Part shown: positions 1 to 7,529 of the stretch, piece by piece
Layout: each line of letters opens with the position of its first letter
How positions within the stretch are numbered: the stretch's first letter is position 1
Source: Candidatus Saccharicenans subterraneus
GTDB lineage: Bacteria > Acidobacteriota > Aminicenantia > Aminicenantales > Saccharicenantaceae
Assembly: GCA_003426165.1 (NCBI GenBank)
Contig: QUAH01000007.1
Location: 43,276-107,275, forward strand
Direction of reading: 5' to 3'
DNA: 64,000 nt
Program-made: the position numbers and the translations under genes
The notes under the pieces: generated by a model
The model's database searches: none
What the model was told of the DNA's origin: nothing
The model's input: the letters and a program-made list of their open reading frames with translations, nothing else

Positions 1-938
1 CTCTTGATGGCCGGGTAAAGGCCGAATATTTTAGAGATTACTTTTCCGGTGAACAGGATCAGGAAGACCAGCGGACCGGCCACCACGGCCGGGATGGACA
101 TCAGGAAGCCGGCGCGCAGGAAATAGAACGGCGTCAGGAAACCGATGGTCAGAGTCCTCAGGCGGCGGATGAAGAAATGGTCGCGGCTGACGGTTCCGGC
201 CAGGACCATTCCTATGATATAGGCAGGCAGCACCGCTTCGCTCCCGGACCAAAGGGCCAGGGCCCCCAGGCTGAACAGCAGGAATAGAATCCACTTGGTG
301 CGAACGGCAGCCGTCTTGTAAGCAAATTTCTTGATGAGGTACTCGGTGATCCCCGGCAGGAAAATGAAAACCAGGACCGAGACCACCACGAAGATGACCG
401 TGCGATAGGTGAAGGGGGCGAAAATCAAGCCCAGGCCAATAACCGTCCCCAGGTCATTGACGAAACAGGACCCCAGTACACCCTTGCCGAATTCGGTCTT
501 GTTGAATCCGAATTCCAGCATGACCGAGTAGACCACGGCCATGGAGGTGGTGCTGAGGGCGATTCCGGCCAGGAGGCTGGCTCTCAGGTCCCAGTGCAGC
601 AGGAAGCGGGCAATGGCGGCGCAACCCAGGAAGGGGGCCAGGAATCCGATGAAGCCAATGACCGTGGATTCCTTGAGCTTGGCCCGGAGCGACTGCGGGT
701 CGAGCTCGGCCCCGGCCAGGAAGGTCAGCAGGATGGCTCCAGCCCCGGCCACGAACCTGAGCCAGTCGGCGTTGGGTGACAGGGCTGATTCGCCGAAGTA
801 ATGGACCACGAGGTAGCCGGCCAGAGCTCCCACCATGATTTCCATCAGGGCCATGGAGATCTTGAGGCGGCTGGCCAGGATGGTGGCCACGATGGCCAGG
901 CCCAGCCAGATGGCTGCGGTCAGGTAGGCGTCAAACAT
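1..938 (-). CDS. Cation:proton antiporter (CPA2/Na_H_Exchanger family), truncated at the left window edge
   Basis: Manual translation from the ATG at 938 (preceded by GGAGG): MFDAYLTAAIWLGLAIVATILASRLKIS...LLTFLAGAELD...GIALSTTSMAVV...NDLGTV. Highly hydrophobic with antiporter-type motifs. Absent from the ORF track because it runs off the edge. Confidence 0.9.
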   Translation of the reverse strand, partial: MFDAYLTAAIWLGLAIVATILASRLKISMALMEIMVGALAGYLVVHYFGESALSPNADWLRFVAGAGAILLTFLAGAELDPQSLRAKLKESTVIGFIGFLAPFLGCAAIARFLLHWDLRASLLAGIALSTTSMAVVYSVMLEFGFNKTEFGKGVLGSCFVNDLGTVIGLGLIFAPFTYRTVIFVVVSVLVFIFLPGITEYLIKKFAYKTAAVRTKWILFLLFSLGALALWSGSEAVLPAYIIGMVLAGTVSRDHFFIRRLRTLTIGFLTPFYFLRAGFLMSIPAVVAGPLVFLILFTGKVISKIFGLYPAIK

Positions 939-965
939 GGTAAACCTCCACACAAAACTGCTTTT

Positions 966-1017
966 GGGTAGAAGTCATCAGCCGGCGGGCGATTATTGGG
1001 GAGACCTCATTCCCCGG
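966..1017 (-). ncRNA. Fluoride riboswitch (crcB motif)
   Basis: Minus strand reads GGGGAATGAGGTCTCCCC-AATAATC-GCCcgccGGC-TGATGACTTCTAC, matching the crcB pattern (P1 with GAUGRNGU loop, then the CUGAUGACUUCUAC pseudoknot end). Lies about 30 nt upstream of the antiporter ATG. Confidence 0.9.
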
Positions 1018-1029
1018 AAATGAAGCTGA

Positions 1030-1058
1030 ATTATAGAGGAGAAGGGCGGGAAAATCAA
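1030..1058 (-). promoter_or_regulatory. Sigma-70 promoter for the fluoride riboswitch/antiporter transcript
   Basis: Minus strand TTGATT-17 nt-TATAAT, ending 12 nt upstream of the riboswitch. Confidence 0.7.
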
Positions 1059-1071
1059 GGGGGACAAATCA

Positions 1072-1095
1072 GGGGGACACGAGAGGGTGTCCCCC
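1072..1095. repeat. REP-like palindrome (GAGAGG-loop variant)
   Basis: GGGGGACAC-GAGAGG-GTGTCCCCC just past the yciI stop; a partial half-site GGGGGACA at about 1059-1066. Confidence 0.85.
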
Positions 1096-1099
1096 GTCT

Positions 1100-1402
1100 T
1101 CACTCAAACTTCATGAACGGGGCTGGCCGGATGGGGAAGATCTGGACTTTTTCCCAGACCCGGTTCAGGAGGTAAGGTTCCCTGTCCAGCCACTCTTTCC
1201 GCAGCGCTTCTTCGGATGGGAAGTCGCAGATGATTATAGAGCCGATAAGGTCCCCGGCCTCGTTCAGGATGCCGGCGGCGCACAGCCACCTGCCTTCCTC
1301 GTAAAACTTTTCTCCCTGTTTAAGGTGTTCTTCCCGGCAGCTGCGGCGGCGCTCGGGACCGGCGGGCGGTGGATAATCAAAGGCTATGACCAGGAACGGC
1401 AT
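1100..1402 (-). CDS. YciI family protein
   Basis: MPFLVIAFDY...RRSCREEHLK...AGDLIGSIIICDF...WLDREPY...KVQIFP. Probable start at 1402, internal to the 1100..1477 ORF. Confidence 0.8.
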   Translation of the reverse strand: MPFLVIAFDYPPPAGPERRRSCREEHLKQGEKFYEEGRWLCAAGILNEAGDLIGSIIICDFPSEEALRKEWLDREPYLLNRVWEKVQIFPIRPAPFMKFE

Positions 1403-1907
1403 GTTGTTTCCTTTCAATATAAAAATAAAAATATAAAGCTCACGATAATTAAAGAACATTTTCAAAGGAAAAGGCAAGGGGGAACAGTGCGAGTCGGAGT
1501 TCGGGGTGCGGTGTGCGGAACAGGCTTATCATGAGTAATAAGAAGGAAGGTTAAGACCGTTCGGGACCGAACCGAAGATACATGACTTGGGGGAGAAAGA
1601 AATATTGGATGATAGAAAGAATTATGGCATGCGGACGACTGAAGATGAAGGCACCGGATAAAACCGGATAAAAAAGGAATGGTCTACCCCCGGGATGGTT
1701 AAAGGCCCGTTCATCTTCATCATTAGAAAATATGGGCAGAGAACGGGTGAAATGACTCTGGCCAGGCCGGGCGGGGCGGACAGCCCGGCGCCCCGGGGAT
1801 ATTCTCTTATCGTTGGGGCGGGAAATGTGGCATAATAAAAGAACACCAGAAACTCAGGCTATAATGTGGTCAGTTAAAAACCAAATTAATTTCTAAAGGA
1901 AGGCAAT

Positions 1908-3095
1908 ATGGAAAAAATCGTGAGAATAGTTGATGGCATCTATTACGTCGGGGTCAATGACCGCGACACCCATCTTTTTGAAAATATCTGGCCCCTGCCC
2001 AAGGGGGTCTCCTACAATTCCTACCTGGTGGTGGACGAGCGGACGGCGCTGGTCGACACCGTCAAGCTCTGCAAGCTGAGCGCTTACCTGGAGAAAATAG
2101 GCCAGGTCCTGAACGGTCGCAGCCTTGATTTTCTGGTGGTCAATCACATGGAGCCGGACCATTCCGGGGCCCTGGCAGCGATTGTTCACGCCTACCCGGG
2201 CGTGAAGATTGTCGGCAACAGAAAGACCATCGAATTCATCAGGGCTATGTACCAGGTCGAAGCCAATTTTCATGAGGTAAAAGATGGAGACGAGCTGGAC
2301 CTCGGGCGGCGGAAATTAAGATTCTATTTAACGCCGATGGTTCACTGGCCTGAAACCATGATGACCTATGAAACAACCGGCCAGTTGCTTTTTTCGGGCG
2401 ATGCCTTCGGCGGCTTCGGCAGCCTGGACGGCGGAGTGTTCGACGATGAAGTGGACGTGAATTATTACGAGCATGAAATCAGGAGATACTATTCCAACAT
2501 CGTCGGCAAGTTCGGGCCCATGGTCCAGAAGGCATTGCAGAAGCTGTCGGCCCTGGAGGTCAAAGTGGTCTGTCCGACCCACGGGCCCGTCTGGAGGACC
2601 AATCCCGGGAGGATCGTTTCCGCTTACGACAGGTGGAGCAAGTACGAATACGAAGAGGGGGTGGTCATAGTCTACGGCACCATGTACGGCAGCACCGAGA
2701 AGATGGCCGATTACGTGGCCCGGGTGCTGGCTGACCAGGGGATTAAGAACATCCGGGTGATGAATACCTCCACCGTTCACGAATCGTTTATCATCAACGA
2801 GATCTGGCGCTTCAAGGGCGTAATTTTCGGGAGCTGCACCTACAACAACTGGATCTACCCGCCGCTGGAGAACGTGCTCATCAACCTGGCCCACAAAGGG
2901 TTGCCCAACCGGGTGTTTGGCGTGTTCGGGTCTTACGGCTGGAGCGGCGGCGGAGTCAAGGGCATCCTGGAGCATATTCAAAAGAACAACTGGAAGTTGA
3001 TAGGGGAGCCGGTGGAAGTGCAGTTTTCGGCCAGGCCGGAGGACCTGGAAAAATTGAAAAAACTGGCCCTGGACATGGCCGCGGCAGTTAAATAA
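1908..3095 (+). CDS. fprA: Flavodiiron protein (FprA/A-type flavoprotein; O2/NO reductase)
   Basis: Metallo-beta-lactamase-fold motifs NHMEPDHSG, HWPETM, FSGDAFG, PTHG, then a flavodoxin domain (YGTMYGSTEKMA, GSYGWSGGG). Confidence 0.92.
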   Translation: MEKIVRIVDGIYYVGVNDRDTHLFENIWPLPKGVSYNSYLVVDERTALVDTVKLCKLSAYLEKIGQVLNGRSLDFLVVNHMEPDHSGALAAIVHAYPGVKIVGNRKTIEFIRAMYQVEANFHEVKDGDELDLGRRKLRFYLTPMVHWPETMMTYETTGQLLFSGDAFGGFGSLDGGVFDDEVDVNYYEHEIRRYYSNIVGKFGPMVQKALQKLSALEVKVVCPTHGPVWRTNPGRIVSAYDRWSKYEYEEGVVIVYGTMYGSTEKMADYVARVLADQGIKNIRVMNTSTVHESFIINEIWRFKGVIFGSCTYNNWIYPPLENVLINLAHKGLPNRVFGVFGSYGWSGGGVKGILEHIQKNNWKLIGEPVEVQFSARPEDLEKLKKLALDMAAAVK

Positions 3096-3098
3096 ACA

Positions 3099-3195
3099 GG
3101 GGACACCTTACACTGTCCCCTTTTTTGCCCCTTTTAGCTTTAGATTTACAGGGTAAAAATTGTGATAAAAAAGGGGGACACCTTAAGGTGTCCCC
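3099..3195. repeat. REP-like doublet between convergent fprA and the 4Fe-4S gene
   Basis: GGGGACAC-CTTACA-CTGTCCCC (3099-3120) and the perfect palindrome GGGGACAC-CTTAAG-GTGTCCCC (3174-3195). Confidence 0.9.
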
Positions 3196-3214
3196 TTTTA
3201 TATGTTTCCCGCGT

Positions 3215-4225
3215 TTATTTGCTGCTCTTTATGCCGAACTTCAACAGGTCTTGATTACAGCCCCCGGTGCAGACGGTGCAGGCGAAGCAATCGGGAACCA
3301 GGACCGCATCCTTCAGTATTTCAGCTACAGCCGGGCAGGGAGACTTGGCCGCACAGGACAGGCAATCGGTGCAGGCATCTTTCTTTTTGACCACCCGGAA
3401 GATTCCAATCTGCTCAATCACATTGGTGATGAGGCCAATCGGGCAGACAAAATAGCAGAAGGGGCGGTAGGTGAAAAAGGCGAAGAACAGGGTGAGGATA
3501 AAGGGCAGGAAATGGAACAGGTTGTCCAGCAGTGTCGGTTGCAGGCTGATTTCGTACCCGTGGAAGGCGTTGATGTAATCGTAGAGGGAAAGGGCGACGG
3601 TGCGGTTGCCGGAAACGGTATGGATTATGGCCGTCCAGCTCAGAAATATAAAAGCTATAAAAATCAGCACCCGAAAGGTCTGGCTCAGGCGGAACGAGGG
3701 CTTGCGCCTCCGGATCTTGAGCCTGTCGGCCAGCATGGCGATCAGTTCCTGGATGGCTCCGACCGGGCAGACGTAGCTGCAGAACAGCTTGGGGCCAATC
3801 ACGGTCAGGAAAATTATCACGGCCAGGGTGACAATCATCGGCATCCTGAAACCGTAGAGGATAGACTTGGTGGCGGCGCAGATGGGTGAGGGGTGCATGG
3901 AAAAACCGGAGAAGACTTTAAGGCCGAGGTTGGCCGAGATACCGTAAAGAAAGGTGGACACAAGCAGGATGAGAACCTTCAGGCGGTTGTTCATCTTCCT
4001 GGTCAGCAGCAGCACCAGGGCCACGGCGGCGATTACCAGCATGGTGATGAACTTGGGGCGGAACAGAAAATCAAAAAAGTTGGGACCGGCGGCCGGACCC
4101 TGGCCCTGCCTAAGTCCCTGTCCCGGACCCCGCTGCTGCTCCTGAGCTATGGCCAGCACCGGCAGACTGAGAAAAATCGCGAACATTATCAGATATGCGG
4201 CCGGAATGATCCTTTTGGTCAGCAT
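3215..4225 (-). CDS. Membrane 4Fe-4S binding protein (NapH/MauN/YccM-like)
   Basis: Several TM helices, two CxxxCP motifs (FCSYVCPVG, FCYFVCPIG) and a C-terminal ferredoxin CTDCLSCAAKSPC...CFACTVCTGGC. Confidence 0.85.
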   Translation of the reverse strand: MLTKRIIPAAYLIMFAIFLSLPVLAIAQEQQRGPGQGLRQGQGPAAGPNFFDFLFRPKFITMLVIAAVALVLLLTRKMNNRLKVLILLVSTFLYGISANLGLKVFSGFSMHPSPICAATKSILYGFRMPMIVTLAVIIFLTVIGPKLFCSYVCPVGAIQELIAMLADRLKIRRRKPSFRLSQTFRVLIFIAFIFLSWTAIIHTVSGNRTVALSLYDYINAFHGYEISLQPTLLDNLFHFLPFILTLFFAFFTYRPFCYFVCPIGLITNVIEQIGIFRVVKKKDACTDCLSCAAKSPCPAVAEILKDAVLVPDCFACTVCTGGCNQDLLKFGIKSSK

Positions 4226-4407
4226 GGTTACCTCACTCCCTAATTTTTGTCGATATTTTAATTAGTTGTTTAGGTTATTAAAAATCTCTAAAAATGGCAA
4301 GTCAAGGGTATTCCGGGGCGCCTGGATTTCTGCCCTTACCTGCTTTTTCTTAACCATATCTTAACCGGTCATACCCTGTTTTTTAATCCGGAGCTGTTAT
4401 TCTCGAG

Positions 4408-5601
4408 GTGAACAAAGAAGAAAGGAAGATGATAAAGAAAATGAGAGCAAGCCAGGAAAAAAGAACTGACAAACAGCGGGAATTGGCCGCATACGGGGAA
4501 ATAGATATCCTGTCACGGGGAGGACGCGGGCGGAGCCTGGGCAGCCAGAGAGGAGGCTCAGGAGAACCTAAGAGCGATTTAGCAATGGGGAACGAAGATT
4601 TCGACCGGGCTGCGGGGCAAAAGCCTGCGTTAATCAGCCTGGAGACAGCGCACCCCCTGATGGAAGATGGCTGGAGAGCGGCCGACCTGCACCTTCACAC
4701 CTTCTATTCGTATGACGTCGTGCCGACTAGAGAAGTTGACCCGCTGGTGCTTTACGAGAAGGCCAGGGCCCGGGGGATGAGTTTTGTGTGTTTCACCGAC
4801 CACGACACCATGAAGGCCTACGACCGGGTTGGCTGGACGAGGGAAGGAGTGGTTACCGGAGTAGAAGTTAAGGTGCTGGACAGGAAAAGAGTTGGCCATA
4901 CGGTTCATATAAATGTCTATCTGCTGAGCCGGCAGCAGTTTGAAGAAATCGAGAAAATTGCCAGGGTGGCGGGGGATATTGAGATGCTGGTTGAGTACCT
5001 GAAAGCGGAGAATCTGCCCTTCACCTTCAACCATCCCTTCTGGCATGAGCCTGTCGAGAAGCTGAATGCGGGAGCGGTGGTGGAGCTGGCTGATGTGTTC
5101 CCGGTGCTTGAATACAACCTGGGAAGGATCGCTAAATTGAACAGGATGGTGCTGGAGCTGGCGGCGGCCAAGAGCAAGGGGGTGGTGGCCGGAACTGATT
5201 CTCAGACCGGGGATGTGGGAAGAATTTTTACCGTGGCCCGGGGAGAGAACTTCAGGGAATTTTTTGAGGCCATAAAAAGCGGAGATTCCAGGCTGGTGAC
5301 CGAAGACCTGACCTATCATCGGATCAAGAACGAAATCCGGAATCGGCTGGAGATGCTGATGGATAACCGGAGATGGGTCATGGGCAAGGAAGGATTGAGA
5401 ATGGAAACCGGCAATGCCCTGGCTGATGCCGTGATTGAAACGCTGTCGGGCGGAAGGGAAGATGTGCTGGCGGTCAAGCGAGAGGTAACGAAATTCTTAG
5501 CCAGGATAGTTTCATCGACAGGAGTGCCGGCCAGGCTTTACCTGAGAAAGCAAAACATGCTGGCCAGCCGCATCCAGCAGGAATTGAATTTAGCCCTGTA
5601 G
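4408..5601 (+). CDS. PHP-domain metallohydrolase
   Basis: ADLHLHT, FTDHDT, GVEV, HINVY, NHPFW, EYN and AGTDSQ motifs of the PHP fold; the start codon may be further downstream. Confidence 0.8.
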   Translation: MNKEERKMIKKMRASQEKRTDKQRELAAYGEIDILSRGGRGRSLGSQRGGSGEPKSDLAMGNEDFDRAAGQKPALISLETAHPLMEDGWRAADLHLHTFYSYDVVPTREVDPLVLYEKARARGMSFVCFTDHDTMKAYDRVGWTREGVVTGVEVKVLDRKRVGHTVHINVYLLSRQQFEEIEKIARVAGDIEMLVEYLKAENLPFTFNHPFWHEPVEKLNAGAVVELADVFPVLEYNLGRIAKLNRMVLELAAAKSKGVVAGTDSQTGDVGRIFTVARGENFREFFEAIKSGDSRLVTEDLTYHRIKNEIRNRLEMLMDNRRWVMGKEGLRMETGNALADAVIETLSGGREDVLAVKREVTKFLARIVSSTGVPARLYLRKQNMLASRIQQELNLAL

Positions 5602-5672
5602 ATTCAAGGGTTGATATGATTTTTGTCTTGGTAGAAGTCACCACTTTTTAATACCCCCCTTTTTTCCTGACC

Positions 5673-5701
5673 GTGGTCCGAGCCCGAAAGGGTCGGACCA
5701 C
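5673..5701. terminator. Strong GC hairpin with GAAA tetraloop downstream of the PHP gene
   Basis: GTGGTCCGA-G-CCC-GAAA-GGG-TCGGACCAC; no U-tract directly after it, so the function is uncertain. Confidence 0.4.
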
Positions 5702-5707
5702 ATAAAT

Positions 5708-5812
5708 GGGGACACCTTACAGTGTCCCCATTTTCCTTCTCGTTAAGTATATTATTTTCAACACATTAGAATAGGGCTGATAGAAGAAAAAGGGACACCT
5801 AACGGTGTCCCC
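5708..5812. repeat. REP-like doublet upstream of the first diguanylate cyclase
   Basis: GGGGACAC-CTTACA-GTGTCCCC (5708-5729) and GGGACAC-CTAACG-GTGTCCCC (5792-5812). Confidence 0.9.
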
Positions 5813-5874
5813 TTTTTTCACTTTTTTATATTATAATCGGGAAGGTAAATATAAGGCTGACTGGGGAGGGCAGA

Positions 5875-7245
5875 ATGAAGAGCATAACCGGAAGCGTGGT
5901 TAGAGACCAGCTCATTTTTATGCTGGGCTTTGGACTGCTGATGGGGATAATCTTTCCTTTCTTTACCCTCTGGCTGCTGAAACTTCCGGCCGGTAGGGTA
6001 TTGACGCCGCTATTTTTTTCGATGTGCATCCTGGCCGGGCTGATCGTGGGCCTGTGCAACTATTTAATTTTTCGTGGTGTGGTCCACCGGTTTCTTTCAG
6101 GGCTGTCGGCCAGGATGGGACTCTTTCAGGCCAAGCTCGAAGCCTACCGGGCCGACCCGGCCTCTTCGGAAAAATGCCGCGCCGAAGACTGTTACGTGGA
6201 GGCTTCCTCGGCCGATATTCTGGGCACGATTTCCGGTGATTTCAATAACCTGATTGCCTCGGTGGCCAATTTTGTCGAGGTGGAGAGGACCACTGATAAC
6301 TTCCTGGATAAGTTGAAGCGAAGCCTGAAACTAGAGGACGTGGCCGCGGTGGTGCTGGATACCTTCAGCGACTACTTCGGCGGCCAGGGGAGCTTCCTCC
6401 TGGTCCTGGAAAGAGGGGAATTCCGTCTGGTCAGAAGCCAATCTGTTGACATCAAGAAGGAGCAGATTGATGATAATTTCTGGCACGAACTCTTGAAGCA
6501 GGGTAAGCCACTGGTGGTTTCAGGGATAGAAGGTGATGCCGTTCATCTGGACATCGGGGTGGGTCAGCTTGATCCCCGGCACATAGCCCTGATTCCCCTT
6601 AAGTACCAGAATGAGGAGGTTGGAGTGTGCGGACTGGTTTCCAGGGAGCCCTTCAAGCATGATTTCGCCACCCTGGAGGCCAGGAATTTTATATTTCAGG
6701 CCACTCCCTTTATATACAATGCCCTGATCATGAAGAGGCTGGAGGTGATGGCGGCCATTGATGAGCTGACCGGGGTCCTCAACCGCAGGTTCGGGTTGAG
6801 GCGCCTCAACGAAGAGTTCGAGCGTTCGAAGCGTTACCGGATGCCCCTGTCCGTGGCCATGGTGGACATCGATTATTTCAAGAAGATAAACGATACCTAC
6901 GGATACCAGGCTGGAGACTTTGTCCTGAAAACCCTGGCCGGAGTCTTCACCCATAACATCAGGGTTTCGGATCTGGTTATCAGGTTCGGTGGAGAAGAAT
7001 TTCTGCTGGTGTTCAACGGGGCTTCGGCCGTTGATGCTTACCAGATAATGGAGAAATTGAGGGCCGCCGTCGAAACCATGCGCCTGCAGTACGGAGCCTT
7101 TGATTTTAAGGTCACCTTCAGTGCCGGCGTGGCCAGTTTCCCGTCTGACAAGGTGAGCGACCTGGCCAGCCTGATTCACCAGGCAGATTCCGGGCTTTAC
7201 AAGGCAAAGGAAACCGGTCGGAACCGCACGGTGATTAGTGGCTGA
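5875..7245 (+). CDS. Membrane diguanylate cyclase (2 TM, GAF-like, GGDEF)
   Basis: DELTGVLNRR, DIDYFKKINDTYG, I-site RVSD, active site RFGGEEF, ADSGLYKAKETGRNR. Confidence 0.92.
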   Translation: MKSITGSVVRDQLIFMLGFGLLMGIIFPFFTLWLLKLPAGRVLTPLFFSMCILAGLIVGLCNYLIFRGVVHRFLSGLSARMGLFQAKLEAYRADPASSEKCRAEDCYVEASSADILGTISGDFNNLIASVANFVEVERTTDNFLDKLKRSLKLEDVAAVVLDTFSDYFGGQGSFLLVLERGEFRLVRSQSVDIKKEQIDDNFWHELLKQGKPLVVSGIEGDAVHLDIGVGQLDPRHIALIPLKYQNEEVGVCGLVSREPFKHDFATLEARNFIFQATPFIYNALIMKRLEVMAAIDELTGVLNRRFGLRRLNEEFERSKRYRMPLSVAMVDIDYFKKINDTYGYQAGDFVLKTLAGVFTHNIRVSDLVIRFGGEEFLLVFNGASAVDAYQIMEKLRAAVETMRLQYGAFDFKVTFSAGVASFPSDKVSDLASLIHQADSGLYKAKETGRNRTVISG

Positions 7246-7249
7246 AAAA

Positions 7250-7427
7250 GGGGACACCTTAAAGTGTCCCCATTTTCCTGTCCGTTATATTTATCATTTA
7301 CAACGTCTTAGAAACGGCACTCCATAAGAAAAGGGGACACCCAAAGGTGTCCCCTTTTTGCTGGGGGCGGTACGATTTTTCCCCGAGAAATCAGGCTCAA
7401 AATTCGGGGACACCTTACAGTGTCCCC
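7250..7427. repeat. REP-like triplet
   Basis: GGGGACAC-N6-GTGTCCCC at 7250-7271 (loop CTTAAA), 7333-7354 (CCAAAG) and 7406-7427 (CTTACA). Confidence 0.9.
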
Positions 7428-7529
7428 TTTTTCCTTCTCCGGGTGAACTTTAATAGCGCCATTTTCGTTTATAGGGTTGATGCCTGGAAAGGTTGAGCTT
7501 GAAACATTATGCGAAGGAATGTGGTTAAC

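Noticed and set aside
5630-5640. Second fluoride riboswitch (GGTAGAAGTCA identical to 967-977)
   Set aside because: The P1 stem with the GAUG loop is missing and it would point antisense into the PHP gene end; an 11-mer match can be chance.
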